Positions 40,971-50,059 of a DNA stretch of 64,000 bases are shown in pieces. The notes beneath the pieces are model-generated. The model had not been told where the DNA came from and did no database searches. It saw only the letters and a program-made list of their open reading frames with translations. The position numbers were made by a program, and so were the translations under genes. The DNA comes from Desulfobacterales bacterium (lineage in GTDB: Bacteria > Desulfobacterota > Desulfobacteria > Desulfobacterales > SpSt-501): contig JALOOU010000045.1 of assembly GCA_025454255.1 (NCBI GenBank), positions 11,279 through 75,278 of the forward strand, in the 5' to 3' direction. Position 1 is the first letter of the stretch; each line of letters opens with the position of its first letter.

Positions 40971-42014
40971 TCAGCCCTTTTTGCGGCCGGCCGCCAGCCT
41001 GGCGGCGAGCTTTATGGCCTCGATCATCGACTGGGGCGTGGCCCGGCCCTCTCCGGCCTTGCCGAAGGCGGTCCCGTGGTCCACCGAGACCCGGATGATC
41101 GGCAGCCCCAGAGTGACGTTGACCCCCGCCATCTGGCCCCAGGTGCCGGTCGCGTCGTCGTACTGAAACCCCATGAGTTTGGTGGGGATGTGGCCCTGGT
41201 CGTGGTACATGACGACGACCAGGTCGTACATGCCCCCGCGCATTTTGGAAAAGACCGTGTCGGCCGGCAGCGGACCCTCCGCCCGGATCCCGTCGGCCCG
41301 GGCGGCCGCGACCGCCGGCGCGATCTCCCGGTCGTCCTCCTCGCCGAAGAGGCCCCCCTCCCCGCAGTGCGGGTTCAGCCCGGCGACGGCGATCCGCGGG
41401 GAGTCGATCCCCATCCGCCGCAGCGCCTCGTCGGCCAGACGGATCACGGTCAGCACCCGCTCCTTCGTCACGCGCTCGCAGGCCGTCTTCAGCGACACGT
41501 GGGTCGACACGTGGGCCACGCGAAAGCGGCCCTCGGCCAGCATCATCGAATAGTCCCGCGTTCCGGTCAGCTCGGCGTAGATCTCGGTGTGGCCGGCGTA
41601 GTGGAACCCGCCGGCGTTGATGGCGGCCTTGTTGATCGGGCCGGTGACGGTGGCGGCGATCTCGCCGGCCATGGCCAGCTCGATCACCTTGGCCACGTAT
41701 TCGAAGGAGGCCCGCCCCTGCGCGGCGGTCACCTGCTTGTGGCGCAGCTGCGAAAGCGGCAGGTTGGCGAGGTCGAGCACGTCGACGGCGCCGAGCGCAA
41801 ACTGCGCCTCGGCCACCTTTTGGCGCGCGGCGGTTGCGAGCTTCAGGCCGCTGAAGCGCACGGCGTCTTCCATGACACCCGCATCCCCCACCACGATCGG
41901 CCGGCAGATGCCGTAAATTTCATCCAAGGCCAGCGCCTTGGCGCAGATCTCCGGCCCGATCCCCGCCGGGTCCCCCATGGATATGCCGATGATCGGCAAG
42001 CTTTTGTTTTCCAA
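40971..42014 (-). CDS. pdxA: PdxA family dehydrogenase (probably PdxA2, 4-phospho-threonate/erythronate type)
   Basis: GDPAGIGPE, GPINK, GHTE, LNPHCGE, MYHDQGH, RVSVDHGTAF; TTG start after AAGGGGG. Confidence 0.9.
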   Translation of the reverse strand: MENKSLPIIGISMGDPAGIGPEICAKALALDEIYGICRPIVVGDAGVMEDAVRFSGLKLATAARQKVAEAQFALGAVDVLDLANLPLSQLRHKQVTAAQGRASFEYVAKVIELAMAGEIAATVTGPINKAAINAGGFHYAGHTEIYAELTGTRDYSMMLAEGRFRVAHVSTHVSLKTACERVTKERVLTVIRLADEALRRMGIDSPRIAVAGLNPHCGEGGLFGEEDDREIAPAVAAARADGIRAEGPLPADTVFSKMRGGMYDLVVVMYHDQGHIPTKLMGFQYDDATGTWGQMAGVNVTLGLPIIRVSVDHGTAFGKAGEGRATPQSMIEAIKLAARLAAGRKKG

Positions 42015-42115
42015 ACGAACCCCCTTTCCGCATTCGTTCACGGCGAATGCCTTTTCCCCTCTGGAACGATGGGGTTAGCGGCATTCTGGTAATGAACCCA
42101 ACACTTGCCCCCGGC

Positions 42116-42221
42116 GTCGACTTCGTAATAAGCCCAAGTTCAAGGCGTGAGAGTTTCGCAGAGCGAGGCGTAGCTGCGAAATGAAGCACAACGCCGAAAT
42201 TGGGCTTATTCCGAAGTCGAC
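42116..42221. mobile_element. 106-bp MITE-like element with 22-bp terminal inverted repeats
   Basis: GTCGACTTCGTAATAAGCCCAA ... TTGGGCTTATTCCGAAGTCGAC (1 mismatch), non-coding interior. Confidence 0.7.
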
Positions 42222-43486
42222 CCCCGGATCGGCAGCAGGTCCGGCGCATGGGTCAGCACCGCCACCCGGGCGCCCGGCCCCCGGCGCCGCAGGGCCTCCG
42301 CCAACGCCCACTGCAGGCTGGGCGCGTGGGTGTGGCCGAGCTTAACCTTGTGCTCGGCCGGAATGCCCGGCGAAAAGGTGATCACCGAGGCCTTCTCGCG
42401 CACCAGGGCCCAGGCCACGGCCAGGGCCGCGGCCACCCCGTTTTTGATCCGGCCCTCCCGGTAGGCGGCCCTGATCCGGCGCGAGGGCCAGGCGGTGTAA
42501 TCGAGCAGGTCCGTGTGCACCGGGCTCACCCCCTCGGGCGCCGGGGTGCAGACGATGATCGTGCCCCCGGGCTTGACCATGCGCTGGGCCGGGTACTGGG
42601 CCTTGTGGGACTGCCAGAAGTCGAGGTCGCAGGGGGCGGAGTTCGCGATCACGATGTCGGGTTGCTCGCGGTAGGCCACCCCGTAGATCCGCCGGGCCGC
42701 GCGGACCCCGGCCGCGAAGGCCGCGCGCATCTCTCCGAAGAAAAGGTCTGTGACCCGCCCCTGGCTGTCCATGACGACGTTGAAGATCGTGCGCATGCCC
42801 ACCCGGTCGGCCATGTCGTCCATGTCCCGGCGCACCGGGTTCTCCTCGATCCCGAGCAGGGAGTCCCCTCCGCCCTCGCAGGAGAGCATGTGGGTTTCGG
42901 CCGTGGTCTGCGGGCCGCAGACCCCGGGCTGGATGATCTTGGAGCTGCCCGAGAAGCCCGGGATGTGGTGCGGGACGATGGCCCCCAGGCCGATGACGAC
43001 ATCCGCCGCCACCACGGCGCGGTTGACCATGAGCGGGGTCCCGGCGGCCGAACGGCCCAGATCGACCAGGTTGTCGGGCTCCCGCCACTCGTGGTTGAAC
43101 ACCCGGATCCGCCGCCGGACGGCGGCGCCCACCTTGGCGTCGATCTCGGGCTCGCTCATGTAGCGGTGGGTGCCCAGGGCCAGAATGCAGCCGATGCGGC
43201 CGTCCGGCACGCCGGCCGCATTGAGCCGGTCGAGCAGCGGGGGGATCATGCGGTCGACCGGGGTGAGCCGGGTGTTGTCGTCGCTTACCAGCAGCACGCG
43301 GTCGCCCGGCCGCACCCACTGCTCGAGCGGCGGCTGCCCGATGGGGTCGGCGAGGGCGGCCGCAATGGCCGCCTGCAGGTCCGCCAGCGGGACGGATGCA
43401 TGCGGGGCGATGACCTGCGCGAGGTTGGCCTCCGGGATATCGACGCCCAGCGGTTGGCCGTCGAAGGGGATGGTGACGGTCGTCAT
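42206..43486 (-). CDS. larA: LarA-superfamily nickel-pincer alpha-hydroxyacid racemase/epimerase
   Basis: SDDNTR.TP, ALGTHR, PHH..GFSG.SK...PG, WQSHKA. Confidence 0.88.
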   Translation of the reverse strand: MTTVTIPFDGQPLGVDIPEANLAQVIAPHASVPLADLQAAIAAALADPIGQPPLEQWVRPGDRVLLVSDDNTRLTPVDRMIPPLLDRLNAAGVPDGRIGCILALGTHRYMSEPEIDAKVGAAVRRRIRVFNHEWREPDNLVDLGRSAAGTPLMVNRAVVAADVVIGLGAIVPHHIPGFSGSSKIIQPGVCGPQTTAETHMLSCEGGGDSLLGIEENPVRRDMDDMADRVGMRTIFNVVMDSQGRVTDLFFGEMRAAFAAGVRAARRIYGVAYREQPDIVIANSAPCDLDFWQSHKAQYPAQRMVKPGGTIIVCTPAPEGVSPVHTDLLDYTAWPSRRIRAAYREGRIKNGVAAALAVAWALVREKASVITFSPGIPAEHKVKLGHTHAPSLQWALAEALRRRGPGARVAVLTHAPDLLPIRGSTSE

Positions 43487-43503
43487 GCAGGATCCTGTTC
43501 GGC

Positions 43504-43576
43504 AAAATCCCTCCTGACCTCCCTTTGCCGAAGGGAGGGATCACCCCTCTTTGACAAAGAGGGGCCAGGGGGATTT
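43504..43576. repeat. REP-like palindromic repeat, copy 2
   Basis: AAAATCCCTCCTGACCTCCCTTTGCCGAAGGGAGGGATCACCCCTCTTTGACAAAGAGGGG..GGGGGATTT. Confidence 0.75.
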
Positions 43577-43769
43577 CGGAAACGATGTCAATTCAATTTC
43601 GAGACGATCAATAGGTTCGGGAGAGATGAGTTACTCGATTAGGCGGCTGGAGTCAACCTGGGCCGGAGAACGCGCGCCGGCCGGAGGCCGCTTCCCCCGG
43701 CCGTTGACCGCCCCCCGACTGCTGCGATATCATACGGCATTTTTCGGAATCCGGCGAGGAGAGCTGCAA

Positions 43770-45056
43770 ATGGCGCTCGAAGAGCTGAAAGCGGACCACC
43801 TCGCCTCCCGCCGCGGGGGGCAGGCCGCCGTCTGCTCGGCGCACCCCGAGGTGCTGGCGGCCGCCATCGAACTGGCCGCCGACAACGGCCGCCCGCTTCT
43901 GGTGGAGGCCACCGCCGGCCAGGTCAACCAGTTCGGCGGCTACACCGGAATGACCCCCGCCCGCTTCGCATCCTTTCTGAACGGCGTCGCGGACGGCATG
44001 GGGTTTCCCCGCGACCGGCTGCTGATGGGGGCCGACCACCTGGGGCCCTACGTCTGGAGGTCGGAGACGGCGGCGGCGGCCATGGCCAAGGCCGCCGAGC
44101 TGGCCCGCCAGTGCATTTCGGCCGGCTTCGTCAAAATCCATCTGGACACCGGCTTCGGCTGCAGCGACGATGCCGCCGCGATCCTCCCCCCGGCGCTGGC
44201 GGCCGAGCGGGCGGTTGGCTTGTGCGGCGCCTGCGAGGCGCAGGCGGCCCGCCTGCCGGCCGGCCGGCGGCGCCCGCTTTACGTGATCGGCGCCGAGGTG
44301 CCGCCGCCCGGCGGCGCGTTGGAGCAGCCCGAGGCGGTCGAGCTCACCCGGCCCGAAGAGGTCGCCGAATTCATCGGCTTGGCCGAGAGGGGGTTCCGCC
44401 AGGCCGGCCTGGCCCAAGCCTGGGAGCGGGTGCTCGCCGTCGTCGTCCAGCCCGGGGTCGACTTCGGGGACGCGGGCGTGGCCCGCTACGCGCCGGACAA
44501 GGCCCGGGCCCTTTCGCAGTTCCATGCCGCGCTGCCCGGGATCATGACCTACGAGGTCCACTCCACCGACTACCAGCCGCCCGAGGCCCTGGCGCAGATG
44601 GTGGCCGGCCATTTCACCCTGCTCAAGGTCGGCCCCTGCCTGACCCACGCCTTCCGCGAGGCCGTGTTCGCCCTGGAGCAGATCGAGCTGGAGCTGCTGA
44701 AGGCCCGGCGCTCCGCGGCGCCCTCCGAGCTGAGCCGGGTCATGGAGGGGCTCATGCGCGCACACCCGGCGCACTGGCGTTCGCACTATCGCGGCAGCGC
44801 GGAGGAGCTCCGCCGCAAGCGGCGCTCCAGCCGGCTTGACCGGATCCGCTACTACTGGTCCATGCCGGAGGCGCAGGCGGCGCTTGCGCGGCTGCGCAGC
44901 AACCTGGCGCCGGCGGTCCCGGCCGAACTCGCCGCGATCCATTTCCCGGAAGCCGGCCGGTGGCCGCAAACGGACGGCCGGGGCTGCGAGCCCACCCGGC
45001 TGGTCCGCCGCCGGATCCGCGCGGCACTGGAGCCCTACGCCCTTGCATGCCGGTGA
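43770..45056 (+). CDS. GatZ/KbaZ family (tagatose-6-phosphate 4-epimerase-like) protein
   Basis: CSAHP, EAT..QVNQFGGYTGMTP, DHLGP, KIHLD, VVQPGV.F, EVHSTDYQ, LKVGP, DRIRYYW. Confidence 0.9.
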   Translation: MALEELKADHLASRRGGQAAVCSAHPEVLAAAIELAADNGRPLLVEATAGQVNQFGGYTGMTPARFASFLNGVADGMGFPRDRLLMGADHLGPYVWRSETAAAAMAKAAELARQCISAGFVKIHLDTGFGCSDDAAAILPPALAAERAVGLCGACEAQAARLPAGRRRPLYVIGAEVPPPGGALEQPEAVELTRPEEVAEFIGLAERGFRQAGLAQAWERVLAVVVQPGVDFGDAGVARYAPDKARALSQFHAALPGIMTYEVHSTDYQPPEALAQMVAGHFTLLKVGPCLTHAFREAVFALEQIELELLKARRSAAPSELSRVMEGLMRAHPAHWRSHYRGSAEELRRKRRSSRLDRIRYYWSMPEAQAALARLRSNLAPAVPAELAAIHFPEAGRWPQTDGRGCEPTRLVRRRIRAALEPYALACR

Positions 45057-45110
45057 AGAAGACGATAGGAGTAGCCAGCAGCCTCTAACCCATACCCGCG
45101 GAGGTGTCTC

Positions 45111-45926
45111 ATGGCAAAGCGCGCTCTGTGCATCGGCATCAACGACTACCCCGGGACCGGCAGCGACCTCGCCGGGTGCGTGAACGACGCCAACGACTGG
45201 GCGGCGGCCCTCGCCAAGCGCGGGTTCAGCGTCGCAACGCTCTTCGACCGCAAGGCCACCGGGGCCGGCATCCGCACGGCGATCAGGACCCTCCTCGATG
45301 CCTCCAAGCGCGGGGACAGCCTGATCGTCCAGTACTCCGGCCACGGCTCCTTCGTGCCGGACGCGGACGGCGACGAGCCGGACGGCACCGACGAGTGCCT
45401 CTGCCCCTACGACATCGGCAGCCGCGGCCCGATCACCGACGACGAGCTCTTCGAGCTGTTCAACGCCAAGGCCGCGGGCGCCCGGCTGGTGATGATCTCC
45501 GACTCCTGCCATTCGGGCACCGTGTCGCGCTTTGCGCCGATCTCCACCCCGCCCACCATGCCCGGCCCGGCGGCGCCCCGGCGCATCGTGCGCTTCCTGC
45601 CGCCGGCGGTGTTCCTCTCCAGGCGCGAGGTGGGCAAAATGGGTCTCTCGCGCGCCCTGCACCGCTCGAGCCCCCCCGGCCGCTACGCCTCGCTCCTGAT
45701 GTCCGGCTGTCAGGACACCGAATACAGCTACGACGCCTGGTTCCAGGGCCGTGCCAACGGGGCCTTCACCTACGTCGCCCTGCGCGCGCTCGCGTCCCTG
45801 CCGGCCAAGGCGACCTACCGCGACTGGTACAACGCGATCCGCAAGGCGCTGCCCTCGCAGCAGTACCCGCAGACGCCCAACCTGTACGGCTCCTCCAGCA
45901 TGAAGCGCTGGAAGGCGCTGGGGTGA
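45111..45926 (+). CDS. Caspase-like (C14 metacaspase) protease
   Basis: ALCIGINDY, L.GCVNDA, YSGHGS (His), DSCHSG (Cys), GAFT, QTPNL. Confidence 0.9.
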   Translation: MAKRALCIGINDYPGTGSDLAGCVNDANDWAAALAKRGFSVATLFDRKATGAGIRTAIRTLLDASKRGDSLIVQYSGHGSFVPDADGDEPDGTDECLCPYDIGSRGPITDDELFELFNAKAAGARLVMISDSCHSGTVSRFAPISTPPTMPGPAAPRRIVRFLPPAVFLSRREVGKMGLSRALHRSSPPGRYASLLMSGCQDTEYSYDAWFQGRANGAFTYVALRALASLPAKATYRDWYNAIRKALPSQQYPQTPNLYGSSSMKRWKALG

Positions 45927-46333
45927 CCGCGGGGGCTCTGGATGGCCCTCGTGAAGTTCTACGAGGTCCAGAAGCACTCGATCCTGAAGGGCCGTCTGTA
46001 ACGCCCCATTCCCGCCTTCATGGACGAGACGTTTTTTCCGGACCAAGCTCGGTGCCGAGCAGCGCGCGATCGCAGCCGAAGCGGCCGTGTTTCTGGCCCC
46101 CCACCCAGCGGCTTTTCGCAGGAAGCCGACATCCAGGGATCGAGAAGCTCGAGATTGAAGCGGACATTCGCTTCGGCTCGAGGCAAACCGTCTGGGCGGA
46201 TCGCCGTTACCCCGCGATCTGGCTGGGCGAGGTGCTCCACCCGGCGGAGCTGATGGCCCGACCCCATGGCCCGGGGGGAATGCGGCGGGGATGAACGCCC
46301 CGCCGCTAACAAAATCGCCCAGGAGAGGTCCGC

Positions 46334-47494
46334 ATGCCCTTGTTGGCCGAAGAGCTTGCCTGCGTCATCGACCTGCGGCGGCGACTGCACCGCACGCCGG
46401 AGCAGGCCGGCAACGAAGCCGCCGCCGCCGGCCTGCTTTTGGGCTTCATCTCCCGCTTTCGGCCGGATGAGGTGATCACAGGCCTCGGCGGGCATGGGGC
46501 GGCCGCGGTCTTCAGGGGGCCTGAGCCCGGCCCCACCGTGGCCTTCCGGGCCGAGCTCGATGCGGTGCCGGTCGCGGAAGTCGACGGCGCCGCCCACTGC
46601 TCCCGCGCGCCGGGTGCGTCCCACACCTGCGGCCACGACGGCCACGCCGCCATCGTGGCCGGCGTGAGCTGCGTGCTGGCCCGCCGGCCGGTTCGCCGGG
46701 GCCGCGTGGTGCTGCTGTTCCAGCCTTCCGAGGAGACGGGCGAAGGGGCGCAGCGGGTCATCGCGGACCCCAAGTTTCAGCGCATCAAACCGGACTGGAT
46801 TTTCGCCCTGCACAACCTGCCCGGCCATGACCGGGGGCAGGTGCTCGTCCGCGCGGGGGTCTTCGCCTGCGCCTCCAGCGGCATGGTGGTAGAACTCACC
46901 GGGGCCACCTCCCACGCCGCCCACCCTGAGCAGGCCCGCTGCCCGGCCCTGGCCATGTGCGCGATCATAAAAAACTTGATCGCCCTGCCCCGCAGCTTCG
47001 ACTTTTTCACCCTGGTGACCGTGGTGCATGCCCGTCTGGGAGAGATCGCTTTCGGCACCACACCCGGCCGGGCGGAGATCATGGCCACGCTGCGCGCCGC
47101 CGGGGACGATCAAATGCAGCAGCTGCTGGCGGCAGCGCGCCGCCTGGCCGCGGAGCAGGCCGCCCGGGAACGGCTGGAGCTCGCGACCCGCTTTTGCGAC
47201 CCGTTCGCGGCCCTGGCCAACGACCCGGCCGCCGTGGACCTGATCCGCCGCGCCGCCTTCGAATCCGGCCGAGAGCTCCGCGAGACCGCCGAGCCCTTCC
47301 GCTGGTCGGACGATTTCGGCCGCTTCACGGCGGTCGCGAAAGGGGCCATGTTCGGCCTGGGTGCGGGCCGGACCCACGCACCCCTGCACAGCCCGACATA
47401 CGACTTCCCCCACGAGCTGATTCCCATGGGGGTGGAGCTGTTCGAGCGCATTCTCGCCGGAGTCTCCGCTCCGCCCGAACAAGAGCGTCGTTGA
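46334..47494 (+). CDS. M20 family amidohydrolase
   Basis: RRRLHRTPE, RAELDA, HTCGHDGH, FQPSEETGEG, HNLPG, LHSP.YDF. Confidence 0.9.
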   Translation: MPLLAEELACVIDLRRRLHRTPEQAGNEAAAAGLLLGFISRFRPDEVITGLGGHGAAAVFRGPEPGPTVAFRAELDAVPVAEVDGAAHCSRAPGASHTCGHDGHAAIVAGVSCVLARRPVRRGRVVLLFQPSEETGEGAQRVIADPKFQRIKPDWIFALHNLPGHDRGQVLVRAGVFACASSGMVVELTGATSHAAHPEQARCPALAMCAIIKNLIALPRSFDFFTLVTVVHARLGEIAFGTTPGRAEIMATLRAAGDDQMQQLLAAARRLAAEQAARERLELATRFCDPFAALANDPAAVDLIRRAAFESGRELRETAEPFRWSDDFGRFTAVAKGAMFGLGAGRTHAPLHSPTYDFPHELIPMGVELFERILAGVSAPPEQERR

Positions 47495-47632
47495 AATCCC
47501 CGGGCGCAAGGCCGGCGCGGGATCAGCGCCGCCCGCCCCGGCTAACTCCGCGGGATGCAGCTGGTTGCTCCGAGGCTGAACCATCTTCATCCGTCCGGCG
47601 GCATGGGGGGCTTTCCGCTCGAGCGCCTTGAA

Positions 47633-47661
47633 TTGCCAATTCAGCCCGCCGGTGGTACAAC
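47633..47661 (+). promoter_or_regulatory. Putative sigma70 promoter of rnk
   Basis: TTGCCA-N17-TACAAC. Confidence 0.45.
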
Positions 47662-47738
47662 CCATTCACTCGCCGCCACAAGGCGAACACTTTGTTCCCT
47701 GAAGATCGGCCGAAGAAATCTGCTCTGGAGGGGCACCC

Positions 47739-48155
47739 GTGGACGAACGAAAACCTGCCATCATCGTGTCATCGCTCGACTTCGAGCGGCTCGAGGCGCT
47801 GCTGGACTCGCTGCCGCCCAACAGCTTCCCGGAGGCGGAGCTGCTGGCGGCGGAGCTCGACCGGGCCCGGAAGCTCGATCCGCAAAAAATGCCGGCCGAC
47901 GTCGTCACCATGAATTCCAGGGTGCGCTTCGCCGTGGAGCCCTCCGGCAAAGAGTACGAGCTGACCCTGGTCTACCCAAAGGCCATCGACGAGTCCGCCG
48001 GCAAGATCTCCATCCTCGCCCCCGTCGGCAGCGCCCTGCTGGGCCTCTCCGTCGGCCAGGAGATCGAATGGCCCGCGCCGGGCGGAAACATCGTCCGCGT
48101 GCGGATCATCGACATCCTCTACCAGCCGGAGCGCGCCGGGGATTTCCACCTCTGA
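47739..48155 (+). CDS. rnk: Regulator of nucleoside diphosphate kinase Rnk (GreA/GreB-like)
   Basis: D.ERL..LL, ELDRA, DVVTMNS.V, LVYP, ISILAPVGSALLGL..GQEI.W, YQPE. Confidence 0.92.
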   Translation: MDERKPAIIVSSLDFERLEALLDSLPPNSFPEAELLAAELDRARKLDPQKMPADVVTMNSRVRFAVEPSGKEYELTLVYPKAIDESAGKISILAPVGSALLGLSVGQEIEWPAPGGNIVRVRIIDILYQPERAGDFHL

Positions 48156-48309
48156 CGATAGAGGCGGCGCTTTTGGACGTTATGCTTTCCAGGGAGGCTC
48201 TGGTCCTGCGGGAGGAGGCACGCGAGCTGGTGCGCCGGGGCTCCGTGCGGGATGATCCCGGAGATGGAGCAGGAGCGCATCCGCCGTCGCAAAGGACCCC
48301 GCGCGGGTT

Positions 48310-49152
48310 TTAGCAGAGGATGCGCTCCCTGCCGCAGGCGATGATGAGCTCGGACCGCCGGGCGGTGCAGGCGAGGGTCATGTTGAGCGCCCGGCCCATT
48401 TCGGCGGCGAGCGCGGTGGGCCGCGACATCCCGACCACGATGGGCAGCCGCGCGCGGGCGGCCTTCTGAACCATCTCGTAGCTGATGCGCGAGGAGAGGA
48501 TCAGAAGCGCGGCCGCGGAGAGCTTCCGGCCGACGAAGGCCTTGCCGATGGCCTTGTCGAGCGCGTTGTGCCGCCCGACGTCCTCGGCGAAGGAGAGCGT
48601 CTCCAGGCGGCGGTCGATCAGCATCGCCGCGTGCGCGCCCCGCGTGCGGCGGTGGATGACCTGGTTTTCGGCGAGCCGCTCGATGCATTTCAGGAGCTGG
48701 TCGATCGAAACCCGGAACGGGTCCGTGTTGGGGGCGACGACCTGGTAGATATCCTTGACCATCTCCTTGCCGCAGATCCCGCAGCTGGTCTGGCTGACGA
48801 AGCTCTTGCGCTCGAGCAGCTCGCCCACCTTTTCGCGCCGCTCGGGCTTCAGGCGCACCTCGATGATGTTCGGGTCCAGGTCCTTGCAGTAGCCGATGGA
48901 GGCAAAATCATCGGGGGAGTCCGCGATCCCCTCCCCCAGGCAGAACCCCGCCGCGTGGAACAGCTCCTCCCCGGGGGTGCGCATCACGACCGAGTAGGGC
49001 TTGCCGTCGATGCGGATGAGAAGCGGCTCCTCCCCGATGAACTCGCACGCATCGGGCCGGCATGCGCCGGCCTCGCAGCGGAAAATCGAGTTGGGGTGGG
49101 CAACCAAGCCGGCCATGTCCGCGGCGGGCCCGCTGCATGGGTCTTCGCTCAT
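48310..49152 (-). CDS. fdhD: FdhD sulfurtransferase (formate dehydrogenase accessory protein)
   Basis: EEPL, MRTPG, SCGICG, T.GAHAA, EDVGRHNALDK.IG, SSR.SYEMV.K. Confidence 0.93.
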   Translation of the reverse strand: MSEDPCSGPAADMAGLVAHPNSIFRCEAGACRPDACEFIGEEPLLIRIDGKPYSVVMRTPGEELFHAAGFCLGEGIADSPDDFASIGYCKDLDPNIIEVRLKPERREKVGELLERKSFVSQTSCGICGKEMVKDIYQVVAPNTDPFRVSIDQLLKCIERLAENQVIHRRTRGAHAAMLIDRRLETLSFAEDVGRHNALDKAIGKAFVGRKLSAAALLILSSRISYEMVQKAARARLPIVVGMSRPTALAAEMGRALNMTLACTARRSELIIACGRERILC

Positions 49153-50006
49153 GCGGCCGACGGGCTCTTTTCAGCCCCTTTGGTTTTGCGGGCGAGCGTG
49201 CGCCGCTCTTCGGGGATCGGCGGGGGCGCAGGCTGGCCTGAAATTTTGCACACCGCAGCGAAGCGCTCGGGGCAGGCCTCGAAGCAGGTGCCGCACTTGA
49301 TGCACTTTTCCTGGTCGACGACGTGGATGCGGTTTTTGCCCCCGTCGATGGCCTCGACCGGGCACTTGCGGGCGCAGATCATGCAGGCCTGGCATTTTTC
49401 GGGGTCGATGTAGTAAGTGACGACCTCGCGCAACACCCGCTCGACCTCCTCCCGCGCGAAGAGCTCCCGGTACTCCTCCTCCCGGCTCAGCCGCGAGGCG
49501 AGCTTCTCGCGCTGGGTCAGCTTCAGGTAGGGGACGAGCTTCGCCACGCGCTTGAGCCTTGCGGCCAACTCCCCCCGTTCCAGCCCCTCGCCTTCCCCCA
49601 GCGGCCCCAGCGCCTTCATCTTCTTGCCGAAATCGTTGACCGCCTCGGTAAAGAGGATCCCGTCGGCGGCGGACATGAACTCGATCCGAAGCCGCTCCGG
49701 GTTCAGTTCGACGTGCTCCATGATCCTGCGGCAAAGGAGCGCCATGTTCAGGGCGTGGAAATTCCCGTGCGTGACGTAGTTGCACTCGTTCAAGCGGCAG
49801 CCGCCGATGAACACCCCGTCCATCCCGTTTTGGAAGGCGCGCAGCACAAAGGCGAGGTCCACCCTGCCCGCGCACATGACGCGGATCAGCCTCATATCGG
49901 TCGCATATTGCAGTCTGGAAACTCCAGCCAGGTCAGCAGCGCCGTACGCTCACCAGTGGCATACGAAGCCCAGGAGCCTGGGCCTGAACGTGTGTCCTGC
50001 ACGCAT
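49149..50006 (-). CDS. bamF: BamF: selenocysteine MvhD-like subunit with C-terminal 2x[4Fe-4S] domain; Sec at UGA 49950-49952
   Basis: In-frame read-through MRAGHTFRPRLLGFVCHW-U-AYGAADLAGVSRLQY...RVMC.GRVD...GGC...CNY; CQACMIC...CP and CIKCGTC...CP; hairpin CTGGA-GTT-TCCAG at 49915-49927. Confidence 0.88.
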
Positions 50007-50059
50007 GCGGGTTCACCCTCTTTTGTGGTGTTGCCGGTCGTCGCGACGGCCGTTTGAAA

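Noticed and set aside
40839-43576. Repeats as a CRISPR array
   Set aside because: Only two full copies 2.6 kb apart, no regular spacers and no cas genes
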